Shown here: one piece after another, positions 31,172 through 42,824 of the stretch | How the letters are laid out: every line of letters begins with the position of its first letter | How positions within the stretch are numbered: position 1 is the first letter of the stretch | Made by a program: the position numbers and the translations under genes | Source of the DNA: Escherichia coli O127:H6 str. E2348/69 | GTDB taxonomy: Bacteria > Pseudomonadota > Gammaproteobacteria > Enterobacterales > Enterobacteriaceae | DNA length: 64,000 nucleotides | Assembly (NCBI RefSeq): GCF_000026545.1 | Contig: NC_011601.1 | Reading direction: 5' to 3' (one strand) | Notes under the pieces: model-generated | The model's database searches: none | What the model was told of the DNA's origin: nothing | What the model saw: the letters and a program-made list of their open reading frames with translations, nothing else

Positions 31172-33307
31172 ATGAGCACCATTGTGATTTTTTTAGCTGC
31201 TTTGCTGGCCTGCTCACTACTTGCGGGATGGCTGATAAAAGTGCGATCCAGACGGCGTCAGCTGCCCTGGACCAACGCCTTCGCGGATGCGCAAACGCGT
31301 AAACTCACATCTGAAGAACGTAGCGCCGTTGAAAATTATCTTGAGAGCCTGACGCAGGTATTACAGGTGCCTGGCCCAACGGGAGCCAGCGCGGCACCGA
31401 TCTCTCTGGCGCTGAATGCCGAAAGCAACAACGTCATGATGCTGACACACGCTATCACGCGTTATGGCATCTCTACCGACGATCCGAATAAATGGCGTTA
31501 CTACCTCGATTCGGTAGAAGTCCACCTGCCGCCTTTCTGGGAACAGTACATCAACGATGAGAATACCGTTGAACTGATTCATACCGATTCGCTGCCGCTG
31601 GTTATTTCACTCAACGGTCATACGCTGCAGGAGTACATGCAGGAAATTCGCGGCTATGCCTTGCAACCTGTTCCGTCAACGCAGGCGTCGATTCGCGGGG
31701 AAGAGAGCGAGCAAATAGAACTGCTCAATATTCGCAAAGAAACGCACGAAGAGTATGCGCTGAGTCGTCCGCGCGGGCTGCGCGAAGCGTTGCTGATTGT
31801 CGCCTCCTTCCTGATGTTCTTTTTCTGCCTGATTACCCCGGATGTCTTTGTTCCGTGGCTGGCAGGCGGCGCGTTACTGCTGCTGGGCGCAGGTCTGTGG
31901 GGGCTATTCGCGCCCCCGGCAAAATCCTCCCTGCGGGAAATTCATTGTCTGCGCGGTACACCCCGTCGTTGGGGATTGTTTGGCGAAAACGATCAGGAAC
32001 AGATCAACAATATTTCACTCGGTATTATCGACCTGGTCTATCCCGCACACTGGCAGCCATACATTGCTCAGGATCTTGGTCAACAAACCGATATCGATAT
32101 CTATCTCGACCGCCACGTAGTGCGTCAGGGGCGATATCTTTCGCTGCATGATGAAGTAAAAAACTTTCCGTTACAGCACTGGCTGCGCAGTACGATTATT
32201 GCTGCGGGCTCGCTATTGGTGCTGTTTATGCTGTTATTCTGGATCCCGCTGGATATGCCACTGAAATTCACCCTCTCGTGGATGAAAGGCGCACAGACCA
32301 TTGAAGCCACTAGCGTAAAACAACTGGCTGACGCTGGCGTGCGGGTTGGCGATACATTGCGTATTAGCGGTACGGGAATGTGTAATATTCGCACTTCCGG
32401 TACCTGGAGCGCGAAAACCAATTCACCTTTTTTACCATTTGACTGCTCGCAGATCATCTGGAACGACGCCCGCTCATTGCCATTACCAGAATCTGAACTG
32501 GTCAACAAAGCGACGGCATTGACCGAAGCAGTTAATCGCCAGCTGCACCCTAAACCGGAAGATGAATCTCGCGTCAGTGCCTCATTACGTTCAGCAATTC
32601 AAAAATCCGGTATGGTATTGCTTGATGATTTTGGCGACATTGTTCTGAAGACAGCAGATCTGTGTTCTGCCAAAGATGACTGTGTGCGACTGAAAAATGC
32701 GCTGGTCAATCTCGGCAACAGTAAAGACTGGGACGCGCTGGTAAAACGCGCCAACGCCGGGAAACTCGATGGCGTGAATGTGTTATTACGCCCGGTGAGT
32801 GCGGAATCGCTGGATAACCTGGTGGCCACCTCTACCGCGCCGTTTATCACGCATGAAACGGCGCGAGCGGCACAATCACTAAACAGTCCGGCCCCCGGCG
32901 GATTCCTGATTGTCAGCGACGAAGGCAGCGATTTTGTTGATCAGCCCTGGCCTTCGGCATCACTTTACGACTATCCGCCGCAAGAACAGTGGAACGCTTT
33001 CCAGAAACTGGCACAAATGCTGATGCATACGCCGTTTAACGCCGAAGGTATCGTCACAAAAATCTTCACTGACGCCAATGGTACGCAGCATATTGGCCTT
33101 CATCCGATCCCGGATCGTTCCGGCCTGTGGCGCTATCTCAGCACCACGCTGCTGCTACTGACGATGCTGGGTAGCGCCATTTATAATGGCGTACAGGCCT
33201 GGCGTCGTTACCAGCGCCATCGTACTCGCATGATGAAGATTCAGGCCTATTATGAAAGCTGCCTGAACCCGCAACTGATCACCCCTTCAGAAAGCCTTAT
33301 CGAATAA
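31172..33307 (+). CDS. igaA: IgaA/YrfF, inner-membrane negative regulator of the Rcs phosphorelay, 711 aa
   Basis: ORF 31172..33307 (+), 711 aa; multi-pass membrane protein with a large periplasmic domain. Confidence 0.93.
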   Translation: MSTIVIFLAALLACSLLAGWLIKVRSRRRQLPWTNAFADAQTRKLTSEERSAVENYLESLTQVLQVPGPTGASAAPISLALNAESNNVMMLTHAITRYGISTDDPNKWRYYLDSVEVHLPPFWEQYINDENTVELIHTDSLPLVISLNGHTLQEYMQEIRGYALQPVPSTQASIRGEESEQIELLNIRKETHEEYALSRPRGLREALLIVASFLMFFFCLITPDVFVPWLAGGALLLLGAGLWGLFAPPAKSSLREIHCLRGTPRRWGLFGENDQEQINNISLGIIDLVYPAHWQPYIAQDLGQQTDIDIYLDRHVVRQGRYLSLHDEVKNFPLQHWLRSTIIAAGSLLVLFMLLFWIPLDMPLKFTLSWMKGAQTIEATSVKQLADAGVRVGDTLRISGTGMCNIRTSGTWSAKTNSPFLPFDCSQIIWNDARSLPLPESELVNKATALTEAVNRQLHPKPEDESRVSASLRSAIQKSGMVLLDDFGDIVLKTADLCSAKDDCVRLKNALVNLGNSKDWDALVKRANAGKLDGVNVLLRPVSAESLDNLVATSTAPFITHETARAAQSLNSPAPGGFLIVSDEGSDFVDQPWPSASLYDYPPQEQWNAFQKLAQMLMHTPFNAEGIVTKIFTDANGTQHIGLHPIPDRSGLWRYLSTTLLLLTMLGSAIYNGVQAWRRYQRHRTRMMKIQAYYESCLNPQLITPSESLIE

Positions 33308-33371
33308 CACGTTTGCGCGGCAGGTTATGCTACCCTGTCGCGCAAATTGCTTCACTCTGGAGATTTCCCTC

Positions 33372-34040
33372 ATGCATATCAACATTGCCTGGCAGGACGT
33401 AGATACCGTTCTGCTGGATATGGACGGCACGTTGCTCGACCTCGCCTTCGATAACTATTTCTGGCAAAAGCTGGTGCCTGAAACATGGGGCGCGAAAAAC
33501 GGAGTTACGCCACAGGAAGCGATGGAATATATGCGCCAGCAATATCACGACGTACAGCATACGCTAAACTGGTACTGTCTTGATTACTGGAGTGAGCAAC
33601 TGGGTCTGGATATCTGTGCGATGACCACCGAGATGGGACCGCGTGCCGTACTGCGTGAAGATACCATTCCGTTTCTTGAGGCACTGAAAGCCAGCGGTAA
33701 GCAGCGAATTTTGCTCACCAATGCGCATCCGCACAACCTGGCGGTAAAACTTGAGCATACCGGTCTGGACGCACACCTTGATTTATTACTTTCCACCCAC
33801 ACATTTGGTTATCCGAAAGAGGATCAGCGGTTATGGCATGCGGTGGCCGAAGCTACGGGTCTTAAAGCTGAAAGAACGCTGTTTATTGATGACAGCGAAG
33901 CGATTCTCGATGCTGCCGCGCAATTTGGTATTCGTTACTGCCTCGGTGTGACTAATCCTGACTCCGGGATTGCCGAGAAACAGTATCAACGCCATCCGTC
34001 ACTGAATGACTACCGCCGCCTGATCCCCTCGCTAATGTGA
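33372..34040 (+). CDS. yrfG: HAD-family nucleotidase YrfG (GMP/IMP phosphatase), 222 aa
   Basis: ORF track 33327..34040; start assigned to MHINIAWQDVDTVLLDMDGTLLD (HAD motif I). Confidence 0.9.
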   Translation: MHINIAWQDVDTVLLDMDGTLLDLAFDNYFWQKLVPETWGAKNGVTPQEAMEYMRQQYHDVQHTLNWYCLDYWSEQLGLDICAMTTEMGPRAVLREDTIPFLEALKASGKQRILLTNAHPHNLAVKLEHTGLDAHLDLLLSTHTFGYPKEDQRLWHAVAEATGLKAERTLFIDDSEAILDAAAQFGIRYCLGVTNPDSGIAEKQYQRHPSLNDYRRLIPSLM

Positions 34041-34050
34041 AGGAGATGCC

Positions 34051-34452
34051 ATGAAAGAAAAACCTGCTGTTGAGGTTCGACTGGATAAATGGCTATGGGC
34101 TGCCCGTTTTTATAAAACCCGCGCGCTGGCCCGTGAAATGATTGAAGGCGGTAAGGTGCATTACAACGGGCAGCGCAGCAAGCCAAGCAAAATCGTCGAG
34201 CTGAATGCCACGCTCACTCTGCGCCAGGGAAATGACGAACGCACGGTGATTGTAAAGGCGATTACTGAACAGCGTCGCCCCGCCAGCGAGGCAGCCTTGC
34301 TGTATGAAGAGACTGCGGAAAGTGTAGAGAAACGCGAAAAAATGGCGCTGGCACGTAAACTTAATGCCTTAACCATGCCGCATCCGGACCGACGCCCGGA
34401 CAAAAAAGAGCGCCGCGACCTGTTACGATTTAAACACGGCGACAGTGAATAA
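34051..34452 (+). CDS. hslR: Heat-shock protein Hsp15 (ribosome-associated, S4-like RNA-binding), 133 aa
   Basis: ORF 34051..34452 (+), 133 aa (MKEKPAVEVRLDKWLWAARFYKTRALAREMIEGGKV...). Confidence 0.95.
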   Translation: MKEKPAVEVRLDKWLWAARFYKTRALAREMIEGGKVHYNGQRSKPSKIVELNATLTLRQGNDERTVIVKAITEQRRPASEAALLYEETAESVEKREKMALARKLNALTMPHPDRRPDKKERRDLLRFKHGDSE

Positions 34453-34476
34453 CTGTCACCTGCAAGAGAGATGATT

Positions 34477-35355
34477 ATGCCGCAACATGACCAATTACAT
34501 CGCTATCTGTTTGAAAACTTTGCCGTTCGCGGCGAACTGGTAACCGTTTCGGAAACCCTGCAACAGATCCTTGAGAATCACGATTATCCGCAGCCCGTTA
34601 AAAACGTGCTGGCAGAACTGCTGGTTGCGACCAGCCTGTTAACCGCTACGTTGAAGTTTGATGGTGATATCACCGTACAGCTGCAAGGCGACGGTCCGAT
34701 GAATCTGGCGGTTATTAACGGTAACAACAACCAGCAGATGCGCGGTGTGGCGCGCGTGCAGGGCGAAATTCCAGAAAATGCCGACCTGAAAACGCTGGTC
34801 GGCAATGGTTACGTGGTGATCACCATCACTCCGAGCGAAGGCGAACGCTATCAGGGCGTGGTTGGTCTGGAAGGTGATACCCTAGCGGCCTGCCTGGAAG
34901 ATTACTTTATGCGTTCTGAACAGCTGCCGACGCGCCTGTTTATTCGCACCGGCGACGTAGACGGCAAACCGGCTGCAGGCGGAATGTTGTTGCAGGTAAT
35001 GCCTGCGCAAAATGCCCAGCAGGACGACTTTGACCACCTGGCAACGCTAACCGAAACCATCAAAACCGAAGAACTGCTGACTTTACCGGCAAACGAAGTG
35101 TTGTGGCGTTTGTATCACGAAGAAGAGGTGACGGTTTACGATCCGCAGGATGTGGAGTTCAAATGCACCTGCTCGCGTGAACGTTGCGCCGATGCGCTGA
35201 AAACGCTGCCTGATGAAGAAGTCGATAGCATCCTGGCGGAAGATGGCGAAATTGACATGCATTGTGATTACTGCGGTAACCACTATCTGTTCAATGCGAT
35301 GGATATTGCCGAGATCCGCAACAACGCGTCTCCGGCAGATCCGCAAGTTCATTAA
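34477..35355 (+). CDS. hslO: Redox-regulated chaperone Hsp33 (HslO), 292 aa
   Basis: ORF track 34471..35355; C-terminal zinc-binding CxC...CxxC (KCTCSRERC ... HCDYCGNHY). Confidence 0.95.
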   Translation: MPQHDQLHRYLFENFAVRGELVTVSETLQQILENHDYPQPVKNVLAELLVATSLLTATLKFDGDITVQLQGDGPMNLAVINGNNNQQMRGVARVQGEIPENADLKTLVGNGYVVITITPSEGERYQGVVGLEGDTLAACLEDYFMRSEQLPTRLFIRTGDVDGKPAAGGMLLQVMPAQNAQQDDFDHLATLTETIKTEELLTLPANEVLWRLYHEEEVTVYDPQDVEFKCTCSRERCADALKTLPDEEVDSILAEDGEIDMHCDYCGNHYLFNAMDIAEIRNNASPADPQVH

Positions 35356-35364
35356 TGAGTATGT

Positions 35365-35391
35365 CCGGCAGAGAGGACTCTGCCGGATTTT
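35365..35391. terminator. Bidirectional hairpin terminator between convergent hslO and yhgE
   Basis: ccggcagag-agga-ctctgccgg (9-bp stem) followed by attttta. Confidence 0.6.
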
Positions 35392-35417
35392 ACGACTAAT
35401 ACACCTGATGCGCTTTG

Positions 35418-37142
35418 TCACTCATTCAGATTCACATCCAGCCTTTCACCATCCACTACAAGATCGCGCCACGCTTTAGGCCTCGTCCCCAGCTTTCCAT
35501 CCTTCGCAGCAGCGAGTAATTTTTCTTTCGTTATTTGGCGCGGAAGTAAACTCATATCAAGCGCGTCCCATTCTTTTCTGGCTGAGTCAAAGCCATAGAC
35601 AATGACTCTGTCATCATTAAAAGCAAACAGGATCCGCTCCGCCTGACCATCACTATTCAGATCTTGCTCGACCAGTACGCAGGCGTCTTTTTCAATACAG
35701 GTCATCACGTTATAGCGATCCTGGATTAAGGCCGACCAGAATGTCGCATCCGGTTTACCAGAACCTGGGGCAATTAACACATTATCGGCTAATACTTTTT
35801 CCGATACCTGTTCCTGAAGATGTTGCTCTCCATCTAACGCCATCAGCAGATCCCGCGCGCGTTTCGGGTCTTTCATATACTCGGCATCGCTTTTCAGCGA
35901 CTCAAGCGCCGCACGTCCATAGCGACCGCTCTGTTCGAGCATGTAGATAGTTACCTGGTCTGGCGTGTTTTTGCCGCTCTGATAACGCGCCATATGACTG
36001 TTCACGCTAATGCGCATACTGTCCAGCACCGGCGAATTAAGAAGCACCAGTATTACCAACACCAATAACGAAACCGCAAGGTTCACTTTGCCCTGAAGAT
36101 CAAGGGGATTTTGCCCTTTACGCCAGACGATACTGACAAAATACCCCAGCGACCATACCAGTAACACCAGCACCGCCAGCACGCCCTGCAAGCGGTCGGC
36201 AGTCCAGCCGTACTGAGCGACCCGCAGCCATAACGCCCAGGCGGCGACGAACACATACAGCGGAGCAACCAGCAAAGCGGTTTTAATCAGGCAACGCAAT
36301 GGCCCCGTCCAGGGAAGTGACGCTTTTTGCGGATCGCGGACAATAGCCATTAAGATCAATTGCAAAAAGGCCAGCGTTAACAGCAACCCAGCGGCGGAGA
36401 TGTGGCGAGAAATCGCGCTCAGGCCCGTAAACGGCAGGGTGATAATAAACATCAGGGTTAGCAATGATACTAACGGCAGCAACCCCGTGGCGATTAACGT
36501 GAACAACTTTTGAATAGAGTCGATTAAACGTGACTGTGTTCGCGCGAGGATCACCGCCAGCGCGGTAGCCAGACCTAACGTGAGATAAATAAACCAGTCG
36601 GTTGCAAAAAAGAGCGTTTTGAAAAACGTGATGCCAACAAGTTTAAACAACTCACTCCACAGTAAAAGCACCAGCCACGTCAGGCCATTGGCGAGAAAAA
36701 TCACCAGTAATATAAGTACGTTATGCCATACAGACTGGTAAAAGTAGCGATAGCGGCTACTGTCATTGCGGATGCGAAGGCTTTGTTGTATCCACGGTAG
36801 CAACAACATTGCCATCAGCAGCAGATAGCAGCCAAAATCCCAAAGCGCCTTTTCAACTCTCCAGGGGGTCATGCCATCAGTTTGCCACTTCAGCCAGCCG
36901 CTCATTCCCAGCGTGGCAATAAACACCAGCGCCAGCCATCCCCAAAGGCGCTTCTGTTTAAAGGAGATCACGGAGAAGAGTAAAACGGATGAAAACGCGA
37001 CGGTCGCAGGCACGCCATAAACAATCCAACTGAGATTTTTTCCGGCAAGCCAGGCGATCAGCAGGTAGCAAACCAACCCCTGAAGTAATCCGGTAGCAAT
37101 CATCCCCCAGCGTGTTGCCGGTGAAAGTTCAACGTTATCCAT
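35418..37142 (-). CDS. yhgE: YhgE, polytopic inner-membrane protein of unknown function, 574 aa
   Basis: ORF 35418..37142 (-), 574 aa; hydrophobic N-terminal two-thirds and a soluble C-terminal domain. Confidence 0.88.
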   Translation of the reverse strand: MDNVELSPATRWGMIATGLLQGLVCYLLIAWLAGKNLSWIVYGVPATVAFSSVLLFSVISFKQKRLWGWLALVFIATLGMSGWLKWQTDGMTPWRVEKALWDFGCYLLLMAMLLLPWIQQSLRIRNDSSRYRYFYQSVWHNVLILLVIFLANGLTWLVLLLWSELFKLVGITFFKTLFFATDWFIYLTLGLATALAVILARTQSRLIDSIQKLFTLIATGLLPLVSLLTLMFIITLPFTGLSAISRHISAAGLLLTLAFLQLILMAIVRDPQKASLPWTGPLRCLIKTALLVAPLYVFVAAWALWLRVAQYGWTADRLQGVLAVLVLLVWSLGYFVSIVWRKGQNPLDLQGKVNLAVSLLVLVILVLLNSPVLDSMRISVNSHMARYQSGKNTPDQVTIYMLEQSGRYGRAALESLKSDAEYMKDPKRARDLLMALDGEQHLQEQVSEKVLADNVLIAPGSGKPDATFWSALIQDRYNVMTCIEKDACVLVEQDLNSDGQAERILFAFNDDRVIVYGFDSARKEWDALDMSLLPRQITKEKLLAAAKDGKLGTRPKAWRDLVVDGERLDVNLNE

Positions 37143-37520
37143 GTTGTTTATCCAGAATCAAAAGGTGGGTTAATTATCGCATCCGGGCAGTAGTATTTTG
37201 CTTTTTTCAGAAAATAATCAAAAAAAGTTAGCGTGGTGAATCGATACTTTACCGATTGAATTTGCATCAATTTCATTCATGAATGCGATTCCACTCACAA
37301 TATTCCCGCCATATAAACCAAGATTTAACCTTTTGAGAACATTTTTCACACCTAAAATGCTATTTCTGCGATAATAGCAACCGTTTCGTGACAGGAATCA
37401 CGGAGTTTTTTGTCAAATATGAATTTCTCCAGATACGTAAATCTATGAGCCTTGTCGCGGTTAACACCCCCAAAAAGACTTTACTATTCAGGCAATACAT
37501 ATTGGCTAAGGAGCAGTGAA

Positions 37521-39143
37521 ATGCGCGTTAACAATGGTTTGACCCCGCAAGAACTCGAGGCTTATGGTATCAGTGACGTACATGATATCGTTTACAACCC
37601 AAGCTACGATCTGCTGTATCAGGAAGAGCTGGACCCGAGCCTGACCGGTTATGAGCGCGGGGTGTTAACTAATCTGGGTGCCGTTGCCGTCGATACCGGG
37701 ATCTTCACCGGTCGTTCACCGAAAGATAAGTATATCGTTCGTGACGATACCACTCGCGATACTTTCTGGTGGGCAGACAAAGGCAAAGGTAAGAACGACA
37801 ACAAACCTCTCTCTCCGGAAACCTGGCAGCATCTGAAAGGCCTGGTGACCAGGCAGCTTTCCGGCAAACGTCTGTTCGTTGTCGACGCCTTCTGTGGTGC
37901 GAACCCGGATACTCGTCTTTCCGTCCGTTTCATCACCGAAGTGGCCTGGCAGGCGCATTTTGTCAAAAACATGTTTATTCGCCCGAGCGATGAAGAGCTG
38001 GCAGGTTTCAAACCAGACTTTATCGTTATGAACGGCGCGAAGTGCACTAACCCGCAGTGGAAAGAACAGGGTCTGAACTCCGAAAACTTCGTGGCGTTTA
38101 ACCTGACCGAGCGCATGCAGCTGATTGGCGGCACCTGGTACGGCGGCGAAATGAAGAAAGGGATGTTCTCGATGATGAACTACCTGCTGCCGCTGAAAGG
38201 TATCGCTTCTATGCACTGCTCCGCCAACGTTGGCGAGAAAGGCGATGTTGCGGTGTTCTTCGGCCTTTCCGGCACCGGTAAAACCACCCTTTCCACCGAC
38301 CCGAAACGCCGCCTGATTGGCGATGACGAGCACGGCTGGGATGATGACGGTGTGTTTAACTTCGAAGGCGGCTGCTACGCGAAAACTATCAAGCTGTCGA
38401 AAGAAGCGGAACCTGAAATCTACAACGCTATCCGTCGCGATGCGCTGCTGGAAAACGTCACCGTGCGTGAAGATGGCACAATCGACTTTGATGATGGTTC
38501 AAAAACCGAGAACACCCGCGTTTCTTATCCGATCTATCACATCGATAACATCGTTAAGCCGGTTTCCAAAGCGGGCCACGCAACGAAAGTTATCTTCCTG
38601 ACCGCCGACGCCTTTGGCGTGCTGCCGCCGGTTTCTCGTCTGACTGCCGATCAAACCCAGTACCACTTCCTCTCTGGCTTCACCGCCAAACTGGCCGGGA
38701 CTGAGCGTGGCATCACCGAACCGACGCCAACCTTCTCCGCCTGCTTCGGCGCGGCGTTCCTGTCGCTGCACCCAACTCAGTACGCAGAAGTGCTGGTAAA
38801 ACGTATGCAGGCGGCGGGTGCGCAGGCGTATCTGGTTAACACCGGCTGGAACGGCACTGGCAAACGTATCTCCATTAAAGATACCCGCGCTATTATCGAC
38901 GCCATCCTCAACGGTTCGCTGGATAACGCAGAAACCTTCACTCTGCCGATGTTTAACCTGGCGATCCCAACCGAACTGCCAGGCGTAGACACGAAGATCC
39001 TCGATCCGCGTAACACCTACGCTTCTCCGGAACAGTGGCAGGAAAAAGCCGAAACGCTGGCGAAACTGTTTATCGACAACTTCGATAAATACACCGACAC
39101 CCCTGCGGGTGCCGCGCTGGTAGCGGCTGGTCCGAAGCTGTAA
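37521..39143 (+). CDS. pckA: Phosphoenolpyruvate carboxykinase (ATP) PckA, 540 aa
   Basis: ORF track 37452..39143; start assigned to [17 protein letters not shown] (ATG 37521, preceded by AAGGAG); kinase-1a motif GLSGTGKTT present. Confidence 0.96.
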   Translation: MRVNNGLTPQELEAYGISDVHDIVYNPSYDLLYQEELDPSLTGYERGVLTNLGAVAVDTGIFTGRSPKDKYIVRDDTTRDTFWWADKGKGKNDNKPLSPETWQHLKGLVTRQLSGKRLFVVDAFCGANPDTRLSVRFITEVAWQAHFVKNMFIRPSDEELAGFKPDFIVMNGAKCTNPQWKEQGLNSENFVAFNLTERMQLIGGTWYGGEMKKGMFSMMNYLLPLKGIASMHCSANVGEKGDVAVFFGLSGTGKTTLSTDPKRRLIGDDEHGWDDDGVFNFEGGCYAKTIKLSKEAEPEIYNAIRRDALLENVTVREDGTIDFDDGSKTENTRVSYPIYHIDNIVKPVSKAGHATKVIFLTADAFGVLPPVSRLTADQTQYHFLSGFTAKLAGTERGITEPTPTFSACFGAAFLSLHPTQYAEVLVKRMQAAGAQAYLVNTGWNGTGKRISIKDTRAIIDAILNGSLDNAETFTLPMFNLAIPTELPGVDTKILDPRNTYASPEQWQEKAETLAKLFIDNFDKYTDTPAGAALVAAGPKL

Positions 39144-39162
39144 TCAGCTGATATCTCATTGA

Positions 39163-39193
39163 CCCCTTATCCAAACGGATAAGGGGTTTTTTT
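39163..39193 (+). terminator. Rho-independent terminator after pckA
   Basis: ccccttatcc-aaac-ggataagggg followed by ttttttt. Confidence 0.85.
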
Positions 39194-39252
39194 ATATCTA
39201 ATTAGCTACCAATATGTACACTTATAATTATCAATAGACCGCAGGATGCATT

Positions 39253-39569
39253 ATGTTCACCTTTATTGAACTACAAGGATTTAGCAAACGCCGCCAGTTA
39301 TTGCTACCTGATAAGTAGTTCCGGGCTTTTCAGGAACTACTCATTCAAGATCCCACTGCCGGTGACATTATCGCAGGCACAGGCAGTTTTAGAAAAATTC
39401 GCTGGAACCGTTCTGGAATGGGGAAACGGGGTGCATTCGGATAATTTATTACAACGTAACACGCAATGGCCGAATTTATCTGGCGTTGATTTATCCTAAA
39501 AATGAACAGGATGATTTAACAGAAGAACAAAGAAAGGCATTGAAACTATTGTCCGAGAAGCTGCTTTAA
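39253..39569 (+). pseudogene. Disrupted RelE/ParE-superfamily (HigB-2-like) toxin gene: in-frame TAG at codon 22 plus a -1 frameshift
   Basis: Frame 1 from ATG 39253 reads MFTFIELQGFSKRRQLLLPDK* (TAG at 39316-39318) and resumes FRAFQELLIQDPTAGDIIAGTGSFRKIRWNRSGMGKRGAFG*. A different frame from about 39432 reads CIRIIYYNVTRNGRIYLALIYPKNEQDDLTEEQRKALKLLSEKLL*. Together these resemble a roughly 105-aa HigB-2-type toxin (GTGxxRKxR...GKRGGxRxIYY motifs, recalled from memory). The total span is 317 nt, i.e. 318-1. Confidence 0.6.
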
Positions 39570-39627
39570 TGTTGAAGCTCCACAAATTCCACCATGGCCG
39601 AAATGCCAACGGAGGCATTGAAAACAG

Positions 39628-39924
39628 ATGAAAGATGAATTATTTGCTGATCTTCTTGCCAGCGCAGAAGAAATGGTACGCATCGAAAAGGGTGAAGAAA
39701 CGCCTGAACCAGAGCACGTCCATACTTTTAGCGAAATCGATGTAAAAGCGATCCGTGAAGCAACGGGTTTACGTCAGCAAGATTTTGCTGTCGCCGTAGG
39801 GGTAAGTTATGACCTGGTCAAAAGCTGGGAAACCAAACGCCGTCAGCCTACCGGAGCACCCCGAAAATTGCTCCTGCTTTTGCAAGCGAATCCTTTCATT
39901 ATCAATCAATTGAAAACAATCTAA
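39628..39924 (+). CDS. HTH (XRE-like) antitoxin-type DNA-binding protein, HigA-2-like, 98 aa, apparently intact
   Basis: ORF 39628..39924 (+), 98 aa: MKDELFADLLASAEEMVRIEKGEETPEPEHVHTFSEIDVKAIREATGLRQQDFAVAVGVSYDLVKSWETKRRQPTGAPRKLLLLLQANPFIINQLKTI; GGAGG ribosome-binding site 12 nt upstream; HTH segment LRQQDFAVAVGVSYDLVKSWE; lies directly downstream of the toxin remnant. Confidence 0.7.
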   Translation: MKDELFADLLASAEEMVRIEKGEETPEPEHVHTFSEIDVKAIREATGLRQQDFAVAVGVSYDLVKSWETKRRQPTGAPRKLLLLLQANPFIINQLKTI

Positions 39925-39953
39925 AAACGGGAGGCACCTTCACCTCCCGTTTT
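39924..39953. terminator. Bidirectional hairpin terminator shared by the antitoxin gene and convergent envZ
   Basis: aaaacgggagg-caccttca-cctcccgtttt (11-bp stem flanked by A and T runs); the envZ stop is at 39956. Confidence 0.8.
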
Positions 39954-39955
39954 AT

Positions 39956-42024
<2,069 letters not shown>

Positions 42025-42251
42025 TGTTTGTACTCCCAAAGGTTCGCAACAATTTGTAAGCGTGTATTCTTAAAAAAGCTCACGTTCGTCACCAGCTAAA
42101 TCTGGTATGAATTTCAGCCTAAATTGTTACAAAGCATATTAAACAGCAGCTTAAGTATACAATTTATTCGGCGAAACATTATTGATTCTGTTGATATGAT
42201 CACGTTATACCCAATGTGCGCATTATCAAACAGACAAAGGGAATCAACGAG

Positions 42252-42728
42252 ATGAAAACGCCCCTGGTTACCCGGGAAGGGTATGAAAAACTCAAACAAG
42301 AGCTTAATTATCTCTGGCGTGAAGAACGCCCGGAGGTCACAAAGAAAGTGACCTGGGCCGCAAGTCTGGGCGACCGCAGCGAAAATGCTGACTATCAGTA
42401 TAATAAAAAGCGCCTGCGTGAAATCGACCGTCGCGTGCGCTATCTCACTAAATGCATGGAAAATCTCAAAATCGTCGATTACTCCCCGCAGCAGGAAGGC
42501 AAAGTCTTTTTTGGTGCGTGGGTGGAGATTGAAAACGACGATGGTGTGACTCACCGTTTCCGTATTGTCGGCTACGATGAAATTTTTGGCCGTAAAGATT
42601 ACATCTCTATCGATTCCCCGATGGCCCGCGCATTGCTGAAAAAAGAAGTCGGCGATCTGGCGGTGGTGAATACCCCTGCCGGGGAAGCGAGCTGGTATGT
42701 TAATGCTATCGAGTACGTGAAACCGTAA
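42252..42728 (+). CDS. greB: Transcription elongation factor GreB, 158 aa
   Basis: ORF track 42216..42728; start assigned to MKTPLVTREGYEKLKQELNYLW. Confidence 0.95.
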   Translation: MKTPLVTREGYEKLKQELNYLWREERPEVTKKVTWAASLGDRSENADYQYNKKRLREIDRRVRYLTKCMENLKIVDYSPQQEGKVFFGAWVEIENDDGVTHRFRIVGYDEIFGRKDYISIDSPMARALLKKEVGDLAVVNTPAGEASWYVNAIEYVKP

Positions 42729-42824
42729 GGAAGAGTCTTAACCTCCTGCCGATGGCTGGCATTTTTGCCAGCCAGTCCGTATAACTATCCCCTGATTTTT
42801 GATCCGAAAAGATGAACTCAAACC

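Noticed and set aside
39266-39499. 77-aa ORF (MNYKDLANAASYCYL...) listed in the ORF track between pckA and envZ
   Set aside because: It is the wrong reading frame of the decayed HigB-like toxin gene; the toxin-like similarity lies in the other two frames, so this ORF is not considered a real protein.
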